This document shows positions 25,847 to 36,002 of a stretch of DNA of 64,000 bases, piece after piece (positions within the stretch are counted from its first letter, which is position 1; the number at the start of each line of letters is the position of its first letter). Below the pieces are notes generated by a model. That model ran no database searches and was not told the DNA's origin. It saw nothing but the letters and a program-made list of their open reading frames with translations. The translations under genes and the position numbers were made by a program. Origin of the DNA: an uncultured Syntrophobacterales bacterium (GTDB lineage Bacteria; Desulfobacterota; Binatia; UBA9968; JAJDTQ01). The stretch lies in contig CAZFIU010000022.1 of the NCBI GenBank assembly GCA_964519455.1, positions 461-64,460 on the forward strand. Reading direction: 5' to 3'.

Positions 25847-28114
25847 TCAACCCTTGCGGCCGAGCGCCCTCCACACGCGCTCCGGCGTCAGCGGCAACTC
25901 CCGGATACGCACTCCCGTGAGCCGGGCGACAGCATTGGCCACGGCCGGCGCCACCGCGACGATGCCGGACTCGCCCATGCCCTTGGCGCCCCAGGGGCCG
26001 GGGCCGTCCTGGTTCTCGGTCAGGGCCACTTCGAAACGGCGCGGCATTTCCGCGAAGCCCGGCACCTTGTAGTCGATCAGATTGGGATTGAGGGGCTGGC
26101 CGTTGTCATAGAGCAGGCTCTCGCACAAGGTGTGGCCCATGCCCATCATGGCGGCGCCTTCGTCCTGGGCCTCGGCCTGGAGCCGGTTGATGGCCTTGCC
26201 TACGTCGGCGACGCTGGCGTAGTGCGGGACGCGCACCTCGCCGGTCTCCTGGTCCACGGTTACCGCCGCGGCGCCCATGCCGGTCTCCCAGAACACCGGG
26301 AACTGTGCGGGGATGCCGCCGCCGGCGCGCACGTAGCCGCGGCCGATGAACTCGCCGCCGGGCATGGCGAAGTAGGCCCGCACCACGGCGCCGTAGTCCA
26401 TGCGCTTGCCGTCGGCCTCGGCCCATCCGTTCTCCAGGGACACGGCGGGCGCTTCGCAGCCCATGGCCTCGGCCGCCGCCTTTCGGATCTGCTCCCGCAG
26501 ATCCCCGGCCGCGAATTTCACCGCGGTGCCCATCACCGTGGTGGAACGGCTCGCGCCGGTGGAGCGGTCGAAGGGCGTCACGTCCGTATTGGTGGCGCGC
26601 ATGACGATCCGTTCCGGCGGAAGGCGCAACTCCTCGGCGGCCACCTGGCCCAGCACGGTGCGCGCCCCCTGTCCCACCTCGGTGCTGCCGGCCATGAGCA
26701 CCACGCTGCCGTCGCTCAGAAGGCGCAGGATGGCGGTGGACACGGGCATGGCCTCGGAGTCGGTGACGCCCACGGCGATGCCGAGGTTGTCCGCCGGCGC
26801 ACCCTGCTTCTCGTCCCAGCCCACCATGGACGCGCACTGCCGCAGGTCCATGTGCAGGTCCGCGTCCATGGGCTTGGCGCCGGGCTTCAGCTCCTCGTCG
26901 CGGCGCAGCAGGTTCTTGAGGCGGAACGCCAGCGGGTCGATTTCCAGGCCCCTCGCGATGTCGTCCATGTGGCACTCCAGCGGGAAGATGGACTGGGGTC
27001 CGCCGATGGAGCGCATGGAGCCCGCGGGCGCGGTGTTGGTGTACACGGCGTAGACGTCGATGCGGTAGTGGGGAATGCGGTAGGGGCCGTGGATGCGCGT
27101 GGCCACGCGCTTGGCCACGCGCGGGCCGTTGTCGGCGTAGGCGCCGGTGTCCAGGTGGACCTGCGCCTCCCGCGCCACCACGGTACCGTCCTTTCGCACC
27201 CCGGTCTTCACCCTGCAGCGGGCGGAGTGGCGCCGGATGGTGAGCATGGACTCGGATGCGCTCTGGGCCAAGCGCACGGGACGCCCGCCGGCGGTGCGCG
27301 CCAGTGCCACCGCCAGGGGTTCGATCTTGAAGTAGGACTTGCCGCCGAAGGCGCCGCCCACGTAGGGCACGGTCACGCGCACGTTGGGCATGGGTACCCG
27401 GAACATCTGGGCGATCTCGGCGCGGATGAGGAAGGGGTGGGCGGAGGAGGTCCAGAGCGCGATCTCGTCACCCTCGAACCGTGCCACCGCGGTGTGGGGC
27501 TCCAGGGAGTAGTGGCAGATCATCGGGAACTCGAAGGTGTCCTCGAAGACCGCGTCCGCCTGCACGAAGCCCGCGGCCACGTCGCCCGCCTCCAGCCGCT
27601 CGTGGTGGCAGACGTTGAGCGGAGGCTCCTCCTCCAGCGCCGCCAGCTCGTGGTACTCCCCGGCCAGGGCCTTGGTGTCGTGCAACACCGGCGCGTCCGG
27701 CGCCAGCGCCTCGTCCAGGGTGGCGGCGGCCGGGACCTCCCGGTAACGCACGCGCACCAGGGACAGCGCCTGTTCGGCGATGTCGCCGCTCTCGGCCGCC
27801 ACGGCCACCACCGGCTCGCCGACGTAACGCACCCGGTCGGTGGCGATGAGCGGCCGGTCCCGCAGGCAGTGGCCGTAGTAGGGGTCGATGTCCTTGACGG
27901 ATTCGCGGGTGAGAACGCCGTGGACGCCCGGAAGCGCCTCGGCCGCGCGCACGTCGATGCTCTCGATCAGGGCATGGGGAAACGGGCTGCGGAGGACCCT
28001 GCCCTCCAGCAGCCCGGGGAAATCGAGATCGGCCGTGAACCGGGCCTTGCCGGTGACCTTCTCCACCCCTTCCGCGCGGCGGATGGAGCGGCCGACCGTG
28101 GTGAACCGCGCCAT
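25847..28114 (-). CDS. Xanthine dehydrogenase / CO dehydrogenase-family molybdopterin-binding large subunit (orphan)
   Basis: Start at MARFTTVGRSIRRAEGVEKVTGKARF. Conserved motifs include GGAFGGK, APAGSMRSIGGPQ and GKAINRLQAEAQDEG. No small (2Fe-2S) or medium (FAD) subunit gene is adjacent. Confidence 0.85.
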   Translation of the reverse strand: MARFTTVGRSIRRAEGVEKVTGKARFTADLDFPGLLEGRVLRSPFPHALIESIDVRAAEALPGVHGVLTRESVKDIDPYYGHCLRDRPLIATDRVRYVGEPVVAVAAESGDIAEQALSLVRVRYREVPAAATLDEALAPDAPVLHDTKALAGEYHELAALEEEPPLNVCHHERLEAGDVAAGFVQADAVFEDTFEFPMICHYSLEPHTAVARFEGDEIALWTSSAHPFLIRAEIAQMFRVPMPNVRVTVPYVGGAFGGKSYFKIEPLAVALARTAGGRPVRLAQSASESMLTIRRHSARCRVKTGVRKDGTVVAREAQVHLDTGAYADNGPRVAKRVATRIHGPYRIPHYRIDVYAVYTNTAPAGSMRSIGGPQSIFPLECHMDDIARGLEIDPLAFRLKNLLRRDEELKPGAKPMDADLHMDLRQCASMVGWDEKQGAPADNLGIAVGVTDSEAMPVSTAILRLLSDGSVVLMAGSTEVGQGARTVLGQVAAEELRLPPERIVMRATNTDVTPFDRSTGASRSTTVMGTAVKFAAGDLREQIRKAAAEAMGCEAPAVSLENGWAEADGKRMDYGAVVRAYFAMPGGEFIGRGYVRAGGGIPAQFPVFWETGMGAAAVTVDQETGEVRVPHYASVADVGKAINRLQAEAQDEGAAMMGMGHTLCESLLYDNGQPLNPNLIDYKVPGFAEMPRRFEVALTENQDGPGPWGAKGMGESGIVAVAPAVANAVARLTGVRIRELPLTPERVWRALGRKG

Positions 28115-28245
28115 GGAGTCCTTCGACTTCGCGACGCTACGCCCGTCCGACGCCTGTCGAAAGGCTTCGGACGAACGCAGCAAAAAGGACCCGCGGCTTC
28201 ATGTCAGCGTCTTCGTGAAACGGGACATTGAAGTGGTCCCCGGGG

Positions 28246-28599
28246 TCACTTCTTGTAATAGCGGCACTCGAACGTGATGCAGCCGTTGGGGCTCTTGTAG
28301 GGCCCGTGCACCATGCCCGGCGGGCGGCAACCGTACATGCCCTTGGTGAACTCCTGGTTCAGGCGGGTGTCGATGAGGCTGCCTTCGAGGATGATGACCT
28401 CTTCCCAGAAATCGTGCACGACGGTCTCGTCGGTTTCCACGCCGGCGGGGAAGTTGACCATGCGGGCGTAGTCACCCGTGTCCGGGTCCTCGCTCAAGAT
28501 CTTCTCCATGATCCCTTCGGCCGTGGCTCCCGAGCCCGCGCCCACGGGGCGCCAGTCGATGGTGTCGGTGTCGAAAAACTCTCGCTCTTCCTTGGGCAT
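28246..28599 (-). CDS. Cupin-domain protein (paralogue of 45234..45572)
   Basis: 117 aa. It shares HDFWEEV.I.EGS...KGMY.CRPPGM.HGPY with the second cupin. Confidence 0.75.
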   Translation of the reverse strand: MPKEEREFFDTDTIDWRPVGAGSGATAEGIMEKILSEDPDTGDYARMVNFPAGVETDETVVHDFWEEVIILEGSLIDTRLNQEFTKGMYGCRPPGMVHGPYKSPNGCITFECRYYKK

Positions 28600-28657
28600 C
28601 TATTCTTCTCCCTTCAAGCTATTGGCTTGTCGTTGTCCATTGCTTCGTCGTTGTTCT

Positions 28658-29455
28658 CTAATCGATCAGGACCCTGTCATGGAACGCCGAGAACACGGTC
28701 CGGATATTCGGTATCTGGGCCAAGTCCAATTCTCCCCGCACGACGCATTCGCCGTCGCCGCCGGCCGCCAGCGCCGTGCCCCAGGGATCGGCCACCGTGC
28801 TGTGGCCGACGAAAGCCTTGCCCCGGTTGGCGCCGGTGCAGTTGCTGGAAACCAGGTAGACCTGGTTCTCCAGCGCGCGCACTCGGTTCAGCAGGAGCCA
28901 GGCCTCCAGCCGGGGATACGGCCACGCCGACGCCACCAGAAAGACCTCGGCTCCGGCCACGGCCATCTGGCGGTACAACTCGGGGAAGCGCAGATCGTAG
29001 CAGGTGGACAGTCCGAACTTGCCCAGCTCCGTTTCCACCACCGTGGGCGCCTGCCCCCGCGTCAGCAGGCGCGCCTCCTCGGACTGGTACCCGAAGAGAT
29101 GGATCTTGCGGTAGGTGCCGATGATCTCGCCCTGCCGGTCGATCAGGACGCTCGTGTTGTAGTACGCGCCGCCGTCCTCCTCCACGAAGCTGCCGCCGAA
29201 CAGGTACACTCCCTTGGCCGCGGCCTTCTCGCACAGCATGGACACGGTGGGGCCCGACAGGCTCTCGCTCTCGGCGCTGTAGTCGTCGAAGGCGAAGTAG
29301 CCGACGTTCCAGATCTCGGGCAGCAGGATCAGGTCGGCGCCGTCCACCCCGTCGATGAGGGCCGCGGCGCGCTGGATGTTGGAGGCCTTTCCTTCGTCGT
29401 CCATGCCCATCTGGATGGAGGCGACGCGGATCCGCCGTTCTTTGTGGTCGCTCAC
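28658..29455 (-). CDS. Carbon-nitrogen hydrolase (nitrilase-superfamily) protein
   Basis: The catalytic triad context is present (E in LLPEIWNVGY, K in YRKIHLF, C in GLSTCYDLRFPE). Confidence 0.85.
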   Translation of the reverse strand: MSDHKERRIRVASIQMGMDDEGKASNIQRAAALIDGVDGADLILLPEIWNVGYFAFDDYSAESESLSGPTVSMLCEKAAAKGVYLFGGSFVEEDGGAYYNTSVLIDRQGEIIGTYRKIHLFGYQSEEARLLTRGQAPTVVETELGKFGLSTCYDLRFPELYRQMAVAGAEVFLVASAWPYPRLEAWLLLNRVRALENQVYLVSSNCTGANRGKAFVGHSTVADPWGTALAAGGDGECVVRGELDLAQIPNIRTVFSAFHDRVLID

Positions 29456-29490
29456 GATATCCCTCGATTCGCCGGCAACCGTCCCGGCGG

Positions 29491-30189
29491 CTACACCAGC
29501 CAGTCCATGGGGCGGATGCGGTAGTTCACCGAAAGCTCCCGCCCGAGCACCTCGTCCGAAAGGCGTCCCTCGAAGGTGGGCGAGAACAGCAGCTCGCCGC
29601 CCAGGGTGGGGATGGTGCCCATGAACAGCACCATGCCGTCGAACTCGCCGTCCGCCACCACCGACCTCACGCCGGCGAGAAAGTCATCCACGGTGAGGAA
29701 CTCGGCCAGGGAGCCCTCCTGGTAGAGCGTCCGCCCGCCGTCGGCCTCCACCCAGCTCCGGATCTTCAACCGCTCCCAGTGGGGCCGCAGGTCCGCCAGC
29801 GGCCACACCTCCTGGGACAGCACCTTGATGCACATGACCTTGGACTTGGGGATGCTGTCCTTCTCCAGCTCCCGGTCCGTGTGGTCGCTGCCCACCGCGA
29901 TGTAGGTCTGGTCTCCCTTGAAGAGGAACACCACCTCCACCTCGCCGGAGGTGGTTTCGCCCAGCACCTCGATCTCGTCGCCGGTCGTGACCATGTGCCG
30001 CGGCACCGCGTAGTAGGCTGGAATGCGGTCCGGCGCCGCCACGCCGTGGGCCTTGAGCTCCTCGACATGCTTCATGGCGCCTTCCCGGTTCTTGCCCGTG
30101 AAGCCGGCTTCGAGAAGCCGCGCAACGGGGAACTCAATGTCCGACCGGCCGCCTTTGGCGTCGACTACGGTTAGATTCAACGTCGTCAC
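29491..30189 (-). CDS. DUF2848-family protein
   Basis: 232 aa with the family pattern ...LEAGFTGKNREGAMKHVEEL...IAVGSDHTDRELEK... Confidence 0.75.
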   Translation of the reverse strand: MTTLNLTVVDAKGGRSDIEFPVARLLEAGFTGKNREGAMKHVEELKAHGVAAPDRIPAYYAVPRHMVTTGDEIEVLGETTSGEVEVVFLFKGDQTYIAVGSDHTDRELEKDSIPKSKVMCIKVLSQEVWPLADLRPHWERLKIRSWVEADGGRTLYQEGSLAEFLTVDDFLAGVRSVVADGEFDGMVLFMGTIPTLGGELLFSPTFEGRLSDEVLGRELSVNYRIRPMDWLV

Positions 30190-30244
30190 GTGAGGTTCTC
30201 CTGTAACTTCACCAACCCCTGCAACCGCACCAACATCCGTTCCT

Positions 30245-30510
30245 CCCGGCTGTCATTCATCCGCTCCCCCCGATTGTCATTCCCGCGGAACAGGCCGTGT
30301 CAAAACTCTGCTCAGACACGAAATGGCACCAACCCCCCATACCGTCATTCCCGCGGAAGCGGGAATCCAGGGGTGGTGCGGCGGGGAATACGGCCGTTTG
30401 GCCCCTCCCAACCTCTGGATTCCCGCTTCCGCGGTAATGACGACTCGAGGGGTCTCAGCCTCATGAGTCCTGACACGACCCACTTTCGCGGGAATGATAA
30501 TCGAGAATGA
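30245..30510 (+). repeat. MITE/REP-like palindromic element, copy 5
   Basis: A degenerate left partial is followed by caggccgtgtcaaaactctgctcagacacgaaatggcacc, both hairpins (second variant gcggtaatgac), and gcctcatgagtcctgacacgacc. Confidence 0.85.
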
Positions 30511-30555
30511 CTATTGCCGGGATCGTGCGCCATTCTCATGGCAACGGCATGCCCG

Positions 30556-31551
30556 CTACGCAAAGTGCGGCATGATCTTGTCCGCGATCAACTCCACCTG
30601 CTCGATGTCCGGTCCGGCGGGTTGCAGCGTGACGTGCTCCATGCCCGCGTTCTCCAGTATCCTCAGCTTCTCCACGATCTGGTCGATGCTGCCCACCATG
30701 TAGCACTCCTGCAGGTGTTCCCAGCTCCGGTTGCTGCCCATCATGCGCTCCATGTGCGGCCGCTGGAGCCGCAGTGCCTCTTCCGGGTCCTGGGTATCCA
30801 CCACCCAGGTGGCCTGCACGTGACCGAAGCCCAGGGTGGCGGGATCGCGTCCGACGGACTTGAGGAACTCGGCGACGGTGTCGAAGTCGCGCTTGACCCA
30901 CTCCAGCTTGCCCGAGGCGCGGCAGGTGAAGACATCGGCGTGCTTCGCGATGCGCTGCATCACGGTCTTCACCATGTAGGGCTTGTCCGGCGACAGCTTG
31001 TCCGGGATGCGCGAGCCGCCCGCCACCCACACTTCCGGGTACTTGGGCGGCATGGGGTCGATGGTCACGTCGTCGAACTGGAAGAAGTCACCCTTGAACG
31101 ACACGTGCTTCTCGGTCAACAGCAGTTTGCACGCGTCCAGTATCTCGTCGGTGCGGCGGCCCCGCTCGCGCAGGTCGATGCCCATGGCGTCGAACTCGGG
31201 CTTGCTCCACCCGGGTCCCACGCCGAAGAAGAAGCGCCCGCCGGAGATGTAGTCCAGCGTGGCGATCTCCTTGGCCAGCAGCACCGGATGGCGCAACGGC
31301 AGCACCAGGATGTGGGTGCCCAGCTTGATGCGCTCGGTGCACGCGGCCGCCGCCGAGAGGCAGATGAGCGGGTCCATCCACGAGCCGCCGTACAGCCCGG
31401 GCGCGTCCGTCAGGTGGTCCCACACGGTCAGAGACTCGAAACCCATCTCCTCGGTGCGCCTGGAATAATCCTGCACGACGGTGTGCGCCATGCGGTAGTC
31501 CATGTCCGGCCAGGTGTAGGTGGGGATGGTGATGCCAAGCTTGAGACTCAC
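30556..31551 (-). CDS. LLM-class flavin-dependent oxidoreductase
   Basis: 331 aa (...GRFFFGVGPGWSKPEFDAMG...), clearly of the LLM family. It is a distant paralogue of 23985..24992. Confidence 0.9.
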   Translation of the reverse strand: MSLKLGITIPTYTWPDMDYRMAHTVVQDYSRRTEEMGFESLTVWDHLTDAPGLYGGSWMDPLICLSAAAACTERIKLGTHILVLPLRHPVLLAKEIATLDYISGGRFFFGVGPGWSKPEFDAMGIDLRERGRRTDEILDACKLLLTEKHVSFKGDFFQFDDVTIDPMPPKYPEVWVAGGSRIPDKLSPDKPYMVKTVMQRIAKHADVFTCRASGKLEWVKRDFDTVAEFLKSVGRDPATLGFGHVQATWVVDTQDPEEALRLQRPHMERMMGSNRSWEHLQECYMVGSIDQIVEKLRILENAGMEHVTLQPAGPDIEQVELIADKIMPHFA

Positions 31552-31693
31552 GTTTGCTCCTTCGGTGGCTCGATGCGGGTTGATCCCGAACAGTTAGAGA
31601 GCCCGGCCCGCAATGTCAAGGACGCGGTCCGTTCGCAGACGGGGCGGGACCGGCATTCGGCTTCCGCCAACGAACAAACGCCCTGCGCACCGG

Positions 31694-32845
31694 CTAGAAA
31701 AAGTCGCCCTCCCAAAGCCTTTCAAGGAACGTGGCGTAGTGAAGCATCTCGATGCCGTCGTCCGTGGTGCGGTCGTGGGGGTCGAGGGAGACGATGACAC
31801 GGCGTCTGGTTTCCGGGTGGTCGACGACCAGTTCCCGCAGGCCACGGGCGTGGTCGGCGCGGATGCGTTGGACCGCTTTCGTTTCGATGGCGCAGTCGAT
31901 GTGGTTGACGACGAAATCGACCTCGATGCCGGAGCTCAGGCGCCAGTAATGGAAATCCGCGTAGCGGGCCCGATACGAGTTGTAGCAGCAGAGCTCGTGA
32001 AATACCCAGTTCTCGAACGCCTTGCCGAACAGTTCTCCACCAGGGCTCAACACGCCGCGCTTGGCCAGGAAGTTCACTATGCCGACATCGCCGAAGTAGA
32101 ACTTGGGCGCGGCGACGGTCCTGCGCTTCGGGCGCCGTCGATACGCCGGGAGGAAACGTCCCAACAGCGTATCCTCGAGAATTTCGAAGTAGGACCGGAC
32201 CGTCTGGCCGGCCACCCCGGTGTCGCGCGCGATGGTCGTGTAGCTGACCACCTCGCCGTCGGAGAGCGCGGCGAGGGCGAGGAAATCCGCGTACGCCGGC
32301 AACCGGCGGGACAGCCCCTCGGCGGCCACTTCCTCCTTCAGGTACTGCGAGATGTAGCCGTCCAAGAGCGGCAAGGGCCGCACCGCGCCGTAGATACGTG
32401 GGAGATAGCCATGGTTCAGGAGCCGGACAAGGTCCACGTCCGGTCCGATTTCCATGGCCGACAGACCGTAAAGCTCCCGGCTTTCCGCGCGCCCGCCGAG
32501 GAGATTGGCGTGCCCGCGCCGAACCTTGCGCGCGCTCGACCCGCACAGCGCGAAGTGAACGCCCCGGTGCTCCATCAGCCAGTGCACCGCGTCGAGCAGC
32601 GCCGGCACCTTCTGTACCTCGTGGATGACCATGAACCCGGCGCCGTGCCGGCGCTGTTCCTCGATCAGCATCTCCGGCGCCTGCAGGTACCGGCGGTAGG
32701 ACTCGGGCCGCAGGAGATCGATCCACGGCACCTCGGGGAAATGCTCGGCGAGAAGCGTGCTCTTGCCCGTCTGGCGCGGCCCCCATAGAAAGAAGGTGCA
32801 GGGAGTCGTGTCGCTCAAGGTCAGCAGACGCCTGAAGATCTCCAT
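31694..32845 (-). CDS. ATP-binding protein (AAA_14 ATPase with DUF4143-type C-terminal domain)
   Basis: True start MEIFRRLL at 32843-32845. Walker A LWGPRQTGKSTLL. The ORF-track extension to 33754 is antisense to the amidohydrolase gene. Confidence 0.8.
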   Translation of the reverse strand: MEIFRRLLTLSDTTPCTFFLWGPRQTGKSTLLAEHFPEVPWIDLLRPESYRRYLQAPEMLIEEQRRHGAGFMVIHEVQKVPALLDAVHWLMEHRGVHFALCGSSARKVRRGHANLLGGRAESRELYGLSAMEIGPDVDLVRLLNHGYLPRIYGAVRPLPLLDGYISQYLKEEVAAEGLSRRLPAYADFLALAALSDGEVVSYTTIARDTGVAGQTVRSYFEILEDTLLGRFLPAYRRRPKRRTVAAPKFYFGDVGIVNFLAKRGVLSPGGELFGKAFENWVFHELCCYNSYRARYADFHYWRLSSGIEVDFVVNHIDCAIETKAVQRIRADHARGLRELVVDHPETRRRVIVSLDPHDRTTDDGIEMLHYATFLERLWEGDFF

Positions 32846-33123
32846 TTCAAATTGAATTTCGCATGTATTTCCGTATTTGACAATCCGAGTTGCTAACCAG
32901 GGCTTCGGAGGACTTGCCGCCTCTTGCTTTACTCGGGAAATTCTATACCTTGAGGGCACTTCGTCGTCGGCAAGGCGCGATGACTTGTAGGGGCGACCCG
33001 CGGTCGCCCCTCTGGCGGGCGCCACGCGAGGAAGACCCCCGGGCCAGGCCCGGAGTGACGCCATGCAGCCGGCGGCGCAAGAACCCGTGGATTCATCAAG
33101 CCATTCGTGACCCAGGACACCAC

Positions 33124-33132
33124 GCAGGAGGA
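33124..33132 (+). promoter_or_regulatory. Shine-Dalgarno sequence (gcaggagga) upstream of the ATG at 33140
   Basis: AGGAGG core 8 nt before the start of MDKVPIIDADGH. Confidence 0.55.
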
Positions 33133-33139
33133 CCGATCC

Positions 33140-34180
33140 ATGGACAAGGTTCCGATCATCGACGCCGACGGGCACATTCTCGAAGACAACGACGAGCTCG
33201 AGAGCTACTTCGAAGGCCCGTACGAAGGACACCGCAGGCACAAGGTGTTCGGGCTGTTCCCGTCGCTGGACGGCTGGCCCCGGGGCGCGGTCAAGGGGGT
33301 GAAGAAGGCCAGCCAGACCTCGCCCGAGAGCTGGCTCGAGTTCATCGACGGCGCCGGTATCGACGCGGCGGTGCTCTATCCCACCGCCGGACTCGCCTTC
33401 GGCCTGATCCAGGATTCCGACTGGGCGTGCGCGCTGGCGCGCGCTTACAACAACTGGTTCCACGACAAGTACACGCGCACGAGCCCGCGCCTGAAGGGAG
33501 TTGCGATTCTGCCGGTGCACGACGTGCCGCTGGCCGTGGAGGAACTGCGCCACGCGGTGACCGAGCAGGGCATGGTGGGCGGCCTCCTGCCCGCCGTCAA
33601 CGTACTGCACAAAGGCTTCGGCCACTCGGACTTCCACCCCCTCTACGAGGAGGCGCAGCGGCTGGACACCCCCCTGGCCATCCACGGCGCGCCGAGCCAG
33701 GGGCTCGGCTTCGACTACCTCCAGACCATGTCCATGATCCACACCCTGGAGCACCCCATCGCGCAGATGATCCAGATGGCCAGCATGGTGCTGGACGGCG
33801 TGTTCGAGCTGTTTCCGAAGCTAAAGGTGGGCTACCTGGAGGCCGGCGCCGGCTGGGTCCCGTACATGATGGAGCGCATGGACGACAAGTTCCACGTAGA
33901 CCGCAAGCGCAAGCACTTCCCGTTGAAGAAGCTCCCCAGCGAGTACGTGAAGGAAGGCAACGTATTCGTCACCTGCGAACTGGACGAGAAGATCCTCGAC
34001 GTGGTGGCGCGGGAGATGGGCGAGGACTGTCTGATGTACCCCTCGGACTACCCTCACGAGAAGGCAATGACCGAGTTCGGCACCGACATCCCCGAGTTCC
34101 TGGAACGCCCCGACCTGTCGTCGGACCTCAAGAAAAAGATCCTCTGCGACAACGCCAAGCGGTTCTACGGGATCTCATAG
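33140..34180 (+). CDS. Amidohydrolase-2 family protein (ACMSD / LigW-like metal-dependent hydrolase or decarboxylase)
   Basis: The N-terminal metal-ligand motif IIDADGH, ...HGAPSQG..., and an overall TIM-barrel amidohydrolase pattern. Confidence 0.85.
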   Translation: MDKVPIIDADGHILEDNDELESYFEGPYEGHRRHKVFGLFPSLDGWPRGAVKGVKKASQTSPESWLEFIDGAGIDAAVLYPTAGLAFGLIQDSDWACALARAYNNWFHDKYTRTSPRLKGVAILPVHDVPLAVEELRHAVTEQGMVGGLLPAVNVLHKGFGHSDFHPLYEEAQRLDTPLAIHGAPSQGLGFDYLQTMSMIHTLEHPIAQMIQMASMVLDGVFELFPKLKVGYLEAGAGWVPYMMERMDDKFHVDRKRKHFPLKKLPSEYVKEGNVFVTCELDEKILDVVAREMGEDCLMYPSDYPHEKAMTEFGTDIPEFLERPDLSSDLKKKILCDNAKRFYGIS

Positions 34181-34184
34181 ACCG

Positions 34185-34545
34185 TTTCCCACCCCGCCTC
34201 GAAACGTCATTCCCGCGGAACAGGCTGTGTCAAAACTCCACTTGGAGTGGAACTGGCACCGACCTCCAGAATCGTCATTCCCGCGGAAGCGGGAATCCAG
34301 GGGTGGAGAGGGGCAAACGGGCTGTTCCCCGCCTCACCCCACCTGGATTCCCGCTTCCGCGGGAATGACGGTTCTGGAGGTCGGCGCCAATTTTGGGGGT
34401 TCGTGCCAGTTCGTGTCTGAGCAGAGTTTTGACACGACCTGTTCCGCGGGAATGACGGTTCGGGGCGTGGTGCCATATTCGTGTCCGAGCGGAGTCTTGG
34501 CACAGCCTGGGAAGCGGGAATCCAGGGGTGGGGGTGTGGCGGGAT
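34185..34545 (+). repeat. MITE/REP-like palindromic element, copy 6 (full length, with two right-end repeats)
   Basis: Contains gtcattcccgcggaacaggctgtgtcaaaactcc...both hairpins...gagttttgacacgacc...gagtcttggcacagcctgggaagcgggaatccagggg. It ends directly against the stop codon of the 34548 gene. Confidence 0.85.
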
Positions 34546-34547
34546 GG

Positions 34548-36002
34548 TCAGCCCAGCCGCACCGACAGATCCGGCCTCCGTATATAGATCTGCTTGGTCT
34601 CGGAGCGCTCCGTGAGCGACCGGATCAGCCCCACGAGCCCGCTGCCGTTGCGTGACCGCGGCGGCGCCTGCTGCATGGCGCGCACGTCTTCCTCGGAGGT
34701 GAAGTAGCGCAGCAGCAACTCGTCGTCGGACACACCGGGGCCGCCGATCTTCTCCCGCAACTCCTGCACCGAGGTGTCGGGCGGCTGCCAGCTCCGCAGT
34801 TCCTTGGCCCGCGGCCGGTCGAGGATCCGGTCGCGCACGTCCGGGTCCATGGACGAGGCCTCCTCATCGCCCCACAGGCCCATGGCGTACTGGATCACCT
34901 CGTCGGTGACCTGTTCGTAGCGCTTGCCCAGGATCACGTTGATGGCACACTGGCTGCCGACGAACTGGGAGTACGGCGTGACCATGATGGGATAGCCGAA
35001 CTCCTCGCGCACCCGGCAGGCCTCTTCCAGAACCTCGCCGAGGCGGGCGCCCATGCCGATGTTGGCGAGCTGGTGCCGCAGGTTGGAGATCATGCCGCCG
35101 GGCACCTGGTGCTGGAAGTGATAGGCGTCGTAGTGAAGCGGCTCGCCGATGGGGAAGCCTTCCTCCTTCGCCACCCGGGTGAAATGCTCCGACACCGGCC
35201 GGAGGCCCTCTTCGTCGATGACCGGGTTGTAGCCCAGGGCACGGGCATTGCGCGTGATGTTGAACAGCGACGGGTTGGACGAGCCGTCCGACAGCGGCGG
35301 CAGCGCCGCGTTGATGATGGGGATGCCAGCCTCGATGGCGTCCAGCGTACACAAGGGACCGAGGCCGCTGTTGCAGTGGGTGTGGAACTCCACGGGGACG
35401 TCGCCGGCGTTCTCCAGCACCACCGGCGCCAGCGACCGCGTGCGGTCCGGCGTGAGCAGCCCGCCCGGGTCCTTGAGGCAGATGCGCTTGACCGGGAGCT
35501 TCACGGCCGCGCGGGTGCGCTCCGCGTAGTACTCGTCCGTATGCTTGGGGGAGATGGAGAAGATCAGGTTGACGATGGTGTCGAGGCCGGCGGCGGTAGC
35601 GGTGCGCACCTGCTCGGCCCACACCGCCGGAGTGTTGGACGGGTCCGACGTGCGCGCCTCGCTGATGCCGTTGGCGGCCAGCCGTTCGAGCCAGAGCTGC
35701 TGCACGGCCGGCGGGGTGTGCTGGAACGCGGCCATGTAGCGGTTGCGGATGAGGCGCAGCGGGGTCTTGGGCACCTGTTCCTTCACCCGCCGTACGCGCG
35801 CCCAGGGGTCGTCCTTCAATTCGCGCACGCACTTCTTGAAGAAGGCCGAGGCGATGATCTCCATGGCGAGGAAACCGGCATCGTCCATTTGCGCGGCCAC
35901 GGGCAGCATCATGTCGGTGCGGATACCCATGGCCCACAGGCTCGACGGACCGTCGCGCAGGGTAGTGTCGACGAAATGGATGTCCTTCATGCGGGGCAGC
36001 AT
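34548..36002 (-). CDS. Carboxyltransferase-domain protein (pyruvate carboxylase subunit B / oxaloacetate decarboxylase alpha-like; HMGL-like domain, no biotinyl domain)
   Basis: HFVDTTLRDGPSS and FHTHCNSGLGPLCTLDAIEAG motifs plus the C-terminal PYC_OADA-like region. The alternative start MKDIHF lies 12 nt downstream. Confidence 0.8.
   Translation of the reverse strand: MLPRMKDIHFVDTTLRDGPSSLWAMGIRTDMMLPVAAQMDDAGFLAMEIIASAFFKKCVRELKDDPWARVRRVKEQVPKTPLRLIRNRYMAAFQHTPPAVQQLWLERLAANGISEARTSDPSNTPAVWAEQVRTATAAGLDTIVNLIFSISPKHTDEYYAERTRAAVKLPVKRICLKDPGGLLTPDRTRSLAPVVLENAGDVPVEFHTHCNSGLGPLCTLDAIEAGIPIINAALPPLSDGSSNPSLFNITRNARALGYNPVIDEEGLRPVSEHFTRVAKEEGFPIGEPLHYDAYHFQHQVPGGMISNLRHQLANIGMGARLGEVLEEACRVREEFGYPIMVTPYSQFVGSQCAINVILGKRYEQVTDEVIQYAMGLWGDEEASSMDPDVRDRILDRPRAKELRSWQPPDTSVQELREKIGGPGVSDDELLLRYFTSEEDVRAMQQAPPRSRNGSGLVGLIRSLTERSETKQIYIRRPDLSVRLG

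Noticed and set aside
25655-28231. 858-aa plus-strand ORF opposite the Mo-hydroxylase large subunit gene
   Set aside because: Gly/Arg/His-rich artefact. The minus-strand protein carries the family motifs.
32874-32879. Sigma-70-type promoter suggested by a TTGACA hexamer upstream of the amidohydrolase gene
   Set aside because: No acceptable -10 hexamer lies at 16-18 bp spacing, so this is a single hexamer match only.
32846-33754. N-terminal 300-aa extension of ORF 31694..33754, and the alternative-frame ORFs 31722..32786 and 32890..34368
   Set aside because: All are antisense or out-of-frame to the amidohydrolase and ATPase genes, and the AAA_14 domain begins at MEIFRRLL. The ORF-track start is simply the first in-frame start after a distant stop.
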